A stretch of DNA of 24,000 nt from Alkalihalobacillus sp. 1P02AB (lineage in GTDB: Bacteria; Bacillota; Bacilli; Bacillales; Bacillaceae_D): assembly GCF_047302405.1 (NCBI RefSeq), contig NZ_CP154853.1, forward strand, positions 2,300,076-2,324,075, written 5' to 3'. Numbering within the stretch: position 1 is the first letter of the stretch; each line of letters opens with the position of its first letter. Positions 15,780 through 23,308 of the stretch are shown here, piece after piece. The notes below the pieces were generated by a model, which had not been told where the DNA came from, ran no database searches, and was given only the letters and a program-made list of their open reading frames with translations. The translations under genes and the position numbers were made by a program.

Positions 15780-16241
15780 TCAAAGCTTCATTTTTAACCC
15801 TTCATGTGTCGCTTGAAAACCTAAACGTTTATAAAATTGCTGGGCTGCTTCTCGTTCTTTATCGGTTGTGAGTTGAATTAAGTGGCAACCTCGTTCTTTG
15901 GCTCGTTGTATCGCCCACTCAATCATTTTGGTTCCTACTCCTTTGCCACGAACTGATGAAGACGTTCTCACTCCTTCAATCGTTGCTCTCCATCCACCTT
16001 GATGTGTGATATATGGGGTAAAAGTGATTTGTTGAACCCCAATAATTTCATCTCCAAGACATGCCACTACTAATTCATTATTAGGGTCTGCTTCAATGGC
16101 TTGAAATGCTTTTAAATAACTTTCTGGAAGTGGCTCTTCATAACATTCTCGTATAGCCCCTAAAGGATCATCTGCCAACATTTCGACAATTCGGCTTAAA
16201 TCTTGCCCCGTCGCTAGTCTAAAGTTAATTTCTTCTTTCAT
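15780..16241 (-). CDS. GNAT family N-acetyltransferase
   Basis: The 153-aa ORF carries the motif VRGKGVGTKMIEWAI ... FYKRLGF. The RBS AAGGAGGA is 6 nt upstream. Its ATG overlaps the stop of the upstream GNAT gene (ATGA). Confidence 0.9.
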   Translation of the reverse strand: MKEEINFRLATGQDLSRIVEMLADDPLGAIRECYEEPLPESYLKAFQAIEADPNNELVVACLGDEIIGVQQITFTPYITHQGGWRATIEGVRTSSSVRGKGVGTKMIEWAIQRAKERGCHLIQLTTDKEREAAQQFYKRLGFQATHEGLKMKL

Positions 16242-16801
16242 TTGTTATCCTCCTTAAGCATTTTCTCCCACTCTGGACGTAGTAATGAAAAGATATAAGT
16301 GTCGTGGAACTCGCCATTTTGATAGAGATTCGCTCTTATTAATCCTTCCCTTGAAAAACCAAGCCTTACTAATAACTGGGTAGAGCGTTCATTTTCAGGA
16401 AAAGTTATCGCTCCAATTCTATGTAAAACTAACGTACCAAAAGAATAATTTAATACTTCTTTGACAGCTTCTGTTGTGATTCCTTTTTTCCAATAAAACG
16501 GATGTAACTCATAGCCTATTTCCGCTTTTTTATTCGGAAGATTGAGGTTGTTTAAACCGACAGTTCCAATAAATTCACTCGAAGCTTTATCAATGATTCC
16601 CCATCTAATTCCTCTTTTATTTTCGAAATTAGTTTGAAACGAGTCAGTCATTTTTTCGGCTTCTTCTCGACTCTGTAAGCTTTCCATCCCATAATATTTA
16701 GTAACCTCATCCTTAGACATGATATTGTAATAACTCTCAACATGGTCTTTGTTTATTTGAACCAATGATAATCGACTAGTGTCCAATTGAATAAAATTCA
16801 T
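16238..16801 (-). CDS. GNAT family N-acetyltransferase (RimJ/RimL-like)
   Basis: The 187-aa ORF has a RimJ-like layout (...IGYELHPFYWKKGITTEAVKEVLNYSF..L.LHRI.A...N..S..LL.RLGF..EG). It overlaps the next GNAT gene by 4 nt. Confidence 0.85.
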   Translation of the reverse strand: MNFIQLDTSRLSLVQINKDHVESYYNIMSKDEVTKYYGMESLQSREEAEKMTDSFQTNFENKRGIRWGIIDKASSEFIGTVGLNNLNLPNKKAEIGYELHPFYWKKGITTEAVKEVLNYSFGTLVLHRIGAITFPENERSTQLLVRLGFSREGLIRANLYQNGEFHDTYIFSLLRPEWEKMLKEDNK

Positions 16802-16819
16802 AAGAACCCCCCATTTATT

Positions 16820-16855
16820 AAAAAACCTCCTAGAGTTAAATGTTCGTCCAGGAGG
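16820..16855 (-). terminator. Rho-independent terminator after ddl
   Basis: The minus strand reads cctcctgg-acgaacatttaact-ctaggagg followed by tttttt. It starts 9 nt past the ddl stop. Confidence 0.75.
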
Positions 16856-16863
16856 CTCTGTTC

Positions 16864-17976
16864 TTATTCGTTATCATTAATCGAGCTTTGAAGCTTCTGA
16901 TCACGCTCATGTCTTTCAATCGCTAAATCTATCAATTTTTCAATCAGCTGACTGTAGCTAATGCCACTCAGTTCCCATAATTTCGGATACATACTAATTT
17001 TAGTGAAACCTGGCAATGTATTAATTTCATTCACAATAATTTCATTTTCTTTTGTTAAAAAGACATCCACTCGTGCTAATCCTTCACAATTAAGAGCTTT
17101 ATAAGCAGTCAATGATACTTCTTGAATTTGCTCTGCGATTTCTGAACTGAGTTTAGCCGGAATTTCTAAAATGGCTCCCGTTTCATCAATATATTTCGCT
17201 TCATATGAATAAAAATCACCTGTTGAGATGATTTCACCTGGAACAGAGGCAATCGGCTCATAATTTCCTAAGACCGAACATTCAATTTCACGTCCAACAA
17301 TTGCTTCTTCTATTAAGATTTTTGTATCAAACTTAAAAGCTTCCGCCACGCCTGCATAAAATTCTTCCTCGTTTGTCGCCTTGCTTACCCCAACGGATGA
17401 ACCTTGATTAGCTGGTTTAATAAAGAGTGGTAAACCAAGCTTATCAGTTACCGTCTTATAATTAATTTGTTCCCTTGTTGCAATCGTAAAAGTTAAGGCA
17501 CCAGCGACACCCAATCCAGCATCACGTAATAAACGCTTCGCAATATCTTTATCCATACTAATCGCCGACCCTAACACATTAGATCCAACAAATGGAATAT
17601 TGGCCATTCGTAACATTCCTTGAAGACTCCCATCCTCTCCAAGTGTTCCATGAATGATCGGGAAAATGACATCCAACTGTTGGAGAGCTTCTTCTTGATT
17701 TAAGCTAACGAGCTGATTTTTTTCTTCACCTGGAATAATAGAAATACCTTGATTTGTTTTATTCAAAGCAATTAACTTCGGATCCTCTGCATGAAGAAGG
17801 TAACGTGAATCATCACTTAAATGCCACTTCCCACTTTTATCAATCCCCATTAAAACAACTTCATATTTAGACTTATCAATGGCATCCACAATGTTTTTCG
17901 CCGATTGTAAGGACACCTCATGTTCAGCTGATTTACCACCAAAAACGATCCCGACTCTAATCTTGTTATTTTTCAT
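16864..17976 (-). CDS. ddl: D-alanine--D-alanine ligase (DdlA-type, ATP-grasp)
   Basis: The ORF carries VGIVFGGKSAEHEVSLQSA, HGTLGEDGSLQGML, an ATP-grasp core and FYSYEAKY...EINTLPGFT. I moved the start to the ATG at 17976 (MKNNKIRVG...), which has AAAGGAG 9 nt upstream. This gives 370 aa. Confidence 0.9.
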   Translation of the reverse strand: MKNNKIRVGIVFGGKSAEHEVSLQSAKNIVDAIDKSKYEVVLMGIDKSGKWHLSDDSRYLLHAEDPKLIALNKTNQGISIIPGEEKNQLVSLNQEEALQQLDVIFPIIHGTLGEDGSLQGMLRMANIPFVGSNVLGSAISMDKDIAKRLLRDAGLGVAGALTFTIATREQINYKTVTDKLGLPLFIKPANQGSSVGVSKATNEEEFYAGVAEAFKFDTKILIEEAIVGREIECSVLGNYEPIASVPGEIISTGDFYSYEAKYIDETGAILEIPAKLSSEIAEQIQEVSLTAYKALNCEGLARVDVFLTKENEIIVNEINTLPGFTKISMYPKLWELSGISYSQLIEKLIDLAIERHERDQKLQSSINDNE

Positions 17977-18153
17977 CGATAAAAGCTCCTTTAAGTTTGA
18001 TTTACACGATGATTGTGTAACTTTTAAATAAATCATCTAAGTACAAATTTTGGTTCAGTAACTCTTTTCTCTTATTGTACAACAACTAAATAATCTGTAT
18101 CATTATAATTAATTTAATTCAAAATTTTCTTTTAAAAGCGAGGAACTGACTAA

Positions 18154-18921
18154 TTGATGAAAAATATTTTTACTGACAACTTTGAAAAATACGCAGATAC
18201 GGAAATGTATGATTTTCTAAACGAAGGAAATAAAAAAGATTTTGACGTACTTTTAGAATGGATAAAACCTGGTGACAAGCTACTTGAATTAGCCTGTGGT
18301 ACGGGAAGATTAACCATTCCATTTGCCGAAAAAGGCTTTGCAATTACAGGTATTGATTTACATGAGGGAATGCTCGAAAAAGCGAAAACGAAAGCAGAAG
18401 CAAAGGGTTTATCGATTCCTTTTTATCAACAAGATTGCACGATGTTGTCCTTACCGGAAATGAACCAATTCACCTTTATGACAGGGAATTCATTTCAACA
18501 TTTTTTAACAAATGAAGCACAGGATAAGCTGCTCCAATCCATTGCAAAACATTTAGAGACTGAAGGGTTATTTATTTTTGATACACGGAACCCTCTATTA
18601 TCTGAATTAGCTCAACCAGATATTTATGATACTAGCTTTACTGACCATCGCGGTTTTGACGTAAAAGAACATCACATCGAAACCTATGATGATGCCACCC
18701 AAATTTTACATTGTGAAACAAAAAGAAAACTTTATAAGGATGGGGTCTTCATTCGTAATGAAAAAGATAACATATCGTTACGCTACGTCTTTCCATTAGA
18801 AATGAAACGTCTCCTACGTTCCTTTGGTTTTACAATCCTACAAGCATACGGAAATTGGAACAAAACTCCTCTCACAAAAGAAAGCCCACAAATGATTTAT
18901 ATTTGTAGGAAAAACGGATAA
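18154..18921 (+). CDS. Class I SAM-dependent methyltransferase
   Basis: The 255-aa ORF carries motif I (LLELACGTGRL) and post-I (GIDLHEGML). The start is either the TTG at 18154 or the adjacent ATG at 18157. Confidence 0.85.
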   Translation: MMKNIFTDNFEKYADTEMYDFLNEGNKKDFDVLLEWIKPGDKLLELACGTGRLTIPFAEKGFAITGIDLHEGMLEKAKTKAEAKGLSIPFYQQDCTMLSLPEMNQFTFMTGNSFQHFLTNEAQDKLLQSIAKHLETEGLFIFDTRNPLLSELAQPDIYDTSFTDHRGFDVKEHHIETYDDATQILHCETKRKLYKDGVFIRNEKDNISLRYVFPLEMKRLLRSFGFTILQAYGNWNKTPLTKESPQMIYICRKNG

Positions 18922-18925
18922 CTAA

Positions 18926-18953
18926 CCTTCTCACAAAGTAATTTGTGGGAAGG
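18926..18953. terminator. Hairpin between convergent methyltransferase (+) and GNAT (-) genes
   Basis: The arms are ccttctcacaaa / tttgtgggaagg with one mismatch and a 4-nt loop. The T-runs are weak. Confidence 0.45.
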
Positions 18954-18976
18954 CACTTGTGTTGCATTGATTACAA

Positions 18977-19504
18977 TTAACCCCCACTCAGATGCTCTTC
19001 TTTTAAAATCGCATAAGCGTATTCATCCCACCACACATCACCATGAGGGATACATTTTTTAAAATAACCTTCTCGCCGCATCCCTATTTTCTCCATTAAC
19101 TTAAATGATGGGACATTTTCTGGCTGACAGGTAGCAACAATACGATGAAGATTTAATTGTTGAAACCCATAATTCAAAAAGGCTTTAGCTGCCTCCGTAG
19201 CGTACCCACAATTGTAATACTTCGGATTAAGAACCCAACCAATTTCATACGTATGGTCACCAAAGTATGGAAAAAAAGCGATATGACCGATTAGTTGATT
19301 ATCTTCACGTAGCAAAATAGAGAACTTGGTAGCATCATCTCTTAAATTCTCATTAACTAACTTTTGTGTATCTTCTTGTGTCATTACACCCTCTGGAAGA
19401 TATTTCATAACTGCCGGATCAGATGTATATAAAAAAACGTCTGACCAATCAGCTTCTGCAAAATTTCTAATTATTAATCGTTCTGTCACCATCTGAATTC
19501 GCAT
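18977..19504 (-). CDS. GNAT family N-acetyltransferase (RimJ/RimL-like)
   Basis: The 175-aa ORF has a RimJ-like layout (...IGWVLNPKYYNCGYATEAAKAFLNYGF..LNLHRIVA.C...N..S..LMEKIGM..EG). Confidence 0.85.
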   Translation of the reverse strand: MRIQMVTERLIIRNFAEADWSDVFLYTSDPAVMKYLPEGVMTQEDTQKLVNENLRDDATKFSILLREDNQLIGHIAFFPYFGDHTYEIGWVLNPKYYNCGYATEAAKAFLNYGFQQLNLHRIVATCQPENVPSFKLMEKIGMRREGYFKKCIPHGDVWWDEYAYAILKEEHLSGG

Positions 19505-19533
19505 CCATTACCCTCACTTTTGAGACACTAGCA

Positions 19534-20091
19534 CTATAATCGAAATTCCTCTTTTATTTTCTCCGCTACCTCTTGTGCTGTCATTTCAGTATTATTAATA
19601 CGCAAATAGTTTTTTTCTGTCATTTCCCCTTCATTGGAGTTCAATCGATACTTTTCCATTGAGCTTAGCAATTCTTTCCTTGAAAACTCAGTATTCCTTT
19701 TCGTTGGCTTTTCTTCTAAACGATTCGGGGTCACATTCCTCTTTAAACGTTCTTCTAAGTCCGCTTCTAATTCAACAAAATACACCTCAGCCCCTGAGTC
19801 TTTAAATATTTTGACTGTCCTTCTAACAAAATCCCAATCTGCTTCTAAATTAAATGCCCACATTAAAGTAAAAATGAGTCCTTCTTGCTTCGTTTTTGCA
19901 AAAGCCTGAAACACTTGGGAGCGAATCGAATCTGATATTTCCCACATTTCAGAAGTGAAATTGAAGAAAGGAGCCAATAGCTCGATCGTCATATGATTAT
20001 GAAATAATTTCAATTTCGTTATTTTGGAAAGCTCCTGTCCAACGGTCATCTTCCCTACTGCTTGAGGCCCAAACAACATAACAAGTTTCAT
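19534..20091 (-). CDS. P-loop kinase-fold protein (AAA/shikimate-kinase-like; substrate unknown)
   Basis: Walker A (FGPQAVGKMTVGQEL) lies at the N-terminus. I moved the start to the ATG at 20091 (MKLVMLFG...), which has AAGGTGGG 10 nt upstream. The track GTG at 20106 lies inside that SD. Confidence 0.7.
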   Translation of the reverse strand: MKLVMLFGPQAVGKMTVGQELSKITKLKLFHNHMTIELLAPFFNFTSEMWEISDSIRSQVFQAFAKTKQEGLIFTLMWAFNLEADWDFVRRTVKIFKDSGAEVYFVELEADLEERLKRNVTPNRLEEKPTKRNTEFSRKELLSSMEKYRLNSNEGEMTEKNYLRINNTEMTAQEVAEKIKEEFRL

Positions 20092-20145
20092 TTTCAGCTC
20101 GCCCACCTTATAAATAATTTAGTTTTCTATACACGCTCTAACCTT

Positions 20146-20880
20146 CTAATTCTTTTCCGCTTTTATAATTAAAAACATTGGACGGCGATTTTCATCACGC
20201 ATTTCATCAGAAGTAGTCATTGCTTGTTCACTTGGCTTCGGTTCTCGTATAGCCTTGATTTGTAATCCAGCGTCTATGACATTATTTAAGTATGTAGAAA
20301 CCGTACGATGGTATTTCACAACGTTTTCAGTTAAAAAACTTGTTTCCCTTAGACTCTCATCTTGATAATCGTCGATTGGCCAATGCAGTCGTTTTCCTTT
20401 TTGATCATAATGCCAATCTTGCTCAGCACGAGCTGTGAATATTGGATGCTCCACTGTAAAAATCAAAGTGCCACCAGGCTTCAATAAGTTGGATATCTTT
20501 TTCACGACCTCTGAAAACGATCGCAAATAATGAAAAGCGAGTGAACTAATCACTACATCAAATGAGTAAGCAGGGAATTCTATATCCTCGATTGGCTGTT
20601 CGATAAATTCAACACGCTCATCTTTAATAAGCGTTCTCGCTTTCTCTAACATTTTAGTAGAAATATCAACTCCAACGACCTTACTCGCTCCTTGCTCCAA
20701 TGCATACTTGCAGTGCCAACCAAAGCCACATCCTAAATCGAGAACAGACTTTCCTTGTAAATCAGGAATTAAAGGCTGTAACACATGCCATTCCCCTGCC
20801 CCTTTTAACCCTTCTGTAGAACGAGCCATTTGCTCATACGCTTGAAAAAAAGCCTCATCATCATATTTATTTTGTTTCAC
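20146..20880 (-). CDS. Class I SAM-dependent methyltransferase
   Basis: The 244-aa ORF carries motif I (VLDLGCGFGW) and ...VISSLAFHY... The GTG start has GAGGAAGTG 7 nt upstream. It overlaps the 3' end of the upstream gene by 14 nt. Confidence 0.85.
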   Translation of the reverse strand: MKQNKYDDEAFFQAYEQMARSTEGLKGAGEWHVLQPLIPDLQGKSVLDLGCGFGWHCKYALEQGASKVVGVDISTKMLEKARTLIKDERVEFIEQPIEDIEFPAYSFDVVISSLAFHYLRSFSEVVKKISNLLKPGGTLIFTVEHPIFTARAEQDWHYDQKGKRLHWPIDDYQDESLRETSFLTENVVKYHRTVSTYLNNVIDAGLQIKAIREPKPSEQAMTTSDEMRDENRRPMFLIIKAEKN

Positions 20881-21949
20881 TTTTGTTCACTTCCTCTGGT
20901 AAATAATAAGCGATTACTTCATTGTAAGTGCTTTCCTTTAATTCAATAACTAATGGACCTTTGAAAAAGACTTCTTCCTCTTCATTTTTTAAAATCACAA
21001 AATGTTTACATAAGATTTGATTTTCAACCTTGACCATATTCATCGGGTCATAACCAACAATCCGTGAGTTCATTTCGACTTTTTGAACCGGTAATTGAAA
21101 GAAAGATTTCCATTCATTCTTTTTCTTTATAACATAAGCTTCATACTCGGCTTGAATTGATTTTGATTGTTCAATATCGACTTCAACATCACATTCTGAA
21201 AAGTAGGTAAGAGTCGTTTCATAAATAGATGACTCGGTTTTCAAATTTTGCTCAAATAAGATATTCGTTTCAGTTAATGCAATTAAGTAAAGAGTCCCTG
21301 TAAAATAAGATAACTTCCTTATATTAAATAAATCTTCCCTTGGCTCCCTTATCATTTCAATATAATTGTGAATTCTTTCCTCATATTTATTTGAATTTAT
21401 ATACTTTAAAGACAGCGTTCCAACAAACTCCGCAGCACCTTCAATCGTTTCAACTAAAAATTCATTTTGGATCATTGTACCGATTTGTTTTGCCCTTTTT
21501 AGTCGAATCGAAACCATTTGTTGAAGCATCTCTTTTTTTTCAGCAACACTCGAAGCTTTAAGAGCCTTAATTAAAAATTGATTTTCAGCATGTTTATATT
21601 GATAATTTAACACGTCGTTTGGATACGAAAGCATAATTAAATCATTCACATAGCGTTTTTCACCCTGTTCTCGTTGAAAAGCATGAAACATTTCGTGAAT
21701 AATATTAGCTGCTAATATGTCTGGGTCGTCAATGGCATCCATTTCAACATTCCAAATAGCGATATATTGACCTTCGAACTCAATACAAGTATTGGCGATA
21801 AAACGCTCATCTGTTGTTATTTCACGATCTTGAAAAAAGACAGTGTTGCTATTATATAAAGCAAATGGAAAACATTGAAATCCATCCCATAACCTTTCAA
21901 GCGGGACTTTTTTTATTCTTTTCTCAACTTCTTGATAAAGAGTTCTCAT
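20867..21949 (-). CDS. Uncharacterised HExxH protein, probably a peptidase-MA-like (gluzincin) domain plus an unknown C-terminal domain
   Basis: The 360-aa ORF has HEMFH (an HExxH motif) at about residue 85 and IEGAAEFVG about 85 residues later. This fits the HExxH...EGxAE pattern of MA-clan-like domains. It has no SD of its own, and its ATG overlaps the stop of a 14-codon uORF. Confidence 0.6.
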   Translation of the reverse strand: MRTLYQEVEKRIKKVPLERLWDGFQCFPFALYNSNTVFFQDREITTDERFIANTCIEFEGQYIAIWNVEMDAIDDPDILAANIIHEMFHAFQREQGEKRYVNDLIMLSYPNDVLNYQYKHAENQFLIKALKASSVAEKKEMLQQMVSIRLKRAKQIGTMIQNEFLVETIEGAAEFVGTLSLKYINSNKYEERIHNYIEMIREPREDLFNIRKLSYFTGTLYLIALTETNILFEQNLKTESSIYETTLTYFSECDVEVDIEQSKSIQAEYEAYVIKKKNEWKSFFQLPVQKVEMNSRIVGYDPMNMVKVENQILCKHFVILKNEEEEVFFKGPLVIELKESTYNEVIAYYLPEEVNKSETK

Positions 21950-21990
21950 CGATTCATTGACATGGAAATATCAACACGTACTTTCCCCAT
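21946..21990 (-). CDS. 14-codon upstream ORF (MGKVRVDISMSMNR) translationally coupled to the HExxH gene
   Basis: The strong SD AAGGAGGAG lies 7 nt upstream of the ATG at 21990. Its TGA stop overlaps the ATG at 21949 (ATGA). Whether it is translated is unproven. Confidence 0.35.
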   Translation of the reverse strand: MGKVRVDISMSMNR

Positions 21991-22007
21991 TTATTTACTC
22001 CTCCTTT

Positions 22008-22871
22008 TTAGCCAAAGATTTGAGCGGCGATACCATATAAATGTCCGTTTCTGTTTGGTAACTCTGTTGCATTTTTGATCATAATTGGAGGCTGACTGAC
22101 TTCTTCAAATCCTAAATATACTAATGTTTGAGCAAATATTGTTTTTTCTGTAGGGACATCGATTCTAAATTCTCCTTCACCATATGTACAAAGTGAGCTT
22201 ATAAGAGAGAGTGCGGTCTTGTTGTCAGGAGCCACAAGTGGTCCAATTATCGTGTTCGATTGACCGGGAATGAGCAAACCAAAACCGACTACTTGACCGT
22301 TACCCCCTTTAGCCACTAAACAACAACTGGCTTGTTGAAGTCTTTTTTGCAAAAATAAAGCTCTCCTACTCCCAAATGATTTTCGATCCAGTTCAATCAA
22401 CTCACGTAACATCGAAGGATTATATTTGATTATATTATTCGGTTCTTCCGCAAAAATAGGTCGCCTGAACGAGGGACAAAGATATTTTTGAATGGAAGCT
22501 GCCTCAACAAATCCTAAATGTTTATATAAAGGTTTTCCTTCTTCTGTTGCAATGAGCATAACTCTCTCACTTTCCGACACACAATTCAGGCAAGCTTGCA
22601 TTAACTTTTTCGCTAAACCCTTTCCACGATAAGTCTCTTTCACAATCACTAAACCAATAGATGCTACTTTCTCTTCAAAAATAATAATAGCTGCACTCGC
22701 AATAATGTTGCCCACTTGGTCTTTAAAACCAAATACGTCGCCATCCTTAAGAACCGTTTGCAACGTCGGTTGATCATAATCCCATCCAACAGATGTTGAT
22801 AACTGGATTAAAGCGGGAATATCCGTCATATTACATTTCGTTAATGTTAAATTCGATTCAACTTCTTTCAT
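22008..22871 (-). CDS. Two-domain GNAT family acetyltransferase (N-terminal GNAT plus a C-terminal GNAT-like domain)
   Basis: The ORF carries the motif YRGKGLAKKLMQAC ... LYKHLGF in the N-terminal half. I moved the start to the ATG at 22871 (MKEVESNL...), which has AGGTGG 8 nt upstream. The track start at 22904 is a TTG without an SD. Confidence 0.8.
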   Translation of the reverse strand: MKEVESNLTLTKCNMTDIPALIQLSTSVGWDYDQPTLQTVLKDGDVFGFKDQVGNIIASAAIIIFEEKVASIGLVIVKETYRGKGLAKKLMQACLNCVSESERVMLIATEEGKPLYKHLGFVEAASIQKYLCPSFRRPIFAEEPNNIIKYNPSMLRELIELDRKSFGSRRALFLQKRLQQASCCLVAKGGNGQVVGFGLLIPGQSNTIIGPLVAPDNKTALSLISSLCTYGEGEFRIDVPTEKTIFAQTLVYLGFEEVSQPPIMIKNATELPNRNGHLYGIAAQIFG

Positions 22872-22958
22872 TGGTCTTGCCACCTGCCAATCGTCTATGT
22901 ACAATTCATTTTACAAAATTTTCATACAAATAAAAAGAGATGACTGATTTTATGAAGG

Positions 22959-23215
22959 ATTCGTACCATAATCCTAGCAACTCACGATTTTCATTACTTA
23001 TTCTTCGTTATTCGCACCGTAAATTCTCCAACTCGTGATTTTCATTACTTATCCTCCACTATTCGCACCGTAATTTTAGCTGCATGACTTTTTCATTACC
23101 TATCTGCTCTTATTCGTACCCTAATCCCGGCAACTGACGCTTTTCATTACCTATCCGCCCTTATTTCGCACCCTAACCCACACAACTCACGGTTTTCATT
23201 ACCTATCCTCAGCTC
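22959..23215. repeat. Five tandem degenerate 51-bp repeats (non-coding) with decayed partial copies on both flanks
   Basis: The units start at 22959, 23010, 23061, 23112 and 23163. The consensus is ATTCG(C/T)ACCnTAA, about 7 variable nt, CAACTnnnG, n, TTTTCATTAC(C/T)TAT(C/T)(C/T), then a 4-nt variable end (R5 is 53 bp and ends in 6 variable nt). No long ORF exists in any frame. Confidence 0.9.
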
Positions 23216-23254
23216 TTAAACCCAAATCGCCATTGCCTTTCATTTTCTTCCTAC

Positions 23255-23295
23255 ACAAAAAAGACCTCCCAAAAATAACTTTTGAGATAGTCTCT
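23255..23295 (-). terminator. Probable terminator after the OmpA-like gene
   Basis: A composite hairpin, agac-ctc..aaaa-ataac-tttt-gag-ata-gtct, is followed by T6 on the minus strand. Confidence 0.45.
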
Positions 23296-23308
23296 CGAAC
23301 ATAGGTAG

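Noticed and set aside
15780-16801. Overlapping GNAT pair as a GNAT-toxin/antitoxin module
   Set aside because: Both partners are full-length GNAT enzymes of 153 and 187 aa. There is no small RHH or DUF1778-type antitoxin gene. The 4-nt overlap merely indicates translational coupling.
16864-17976. Ddl as a vancomycin-resistance (Van-type) ligase
   Set aside because: There are no adjacent vanH/vanX/vanR/vanS or vanT-like genes. The FYSYEAKY segment looks like that of ordinary D-Ala-D-Ala ligases. This judgement rests on context and on a motif recalled from memory.
22959-23215. Possibility that the tandem repeat array is a CRISPR array
   Set aside because: The 51-bp period is too short. The conserved part is split into two blocks with short, partly conserved intervening segments rather than unique spacers of 30-40 nt. 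The repeats are degenerate, and there are no cas genes in the window.
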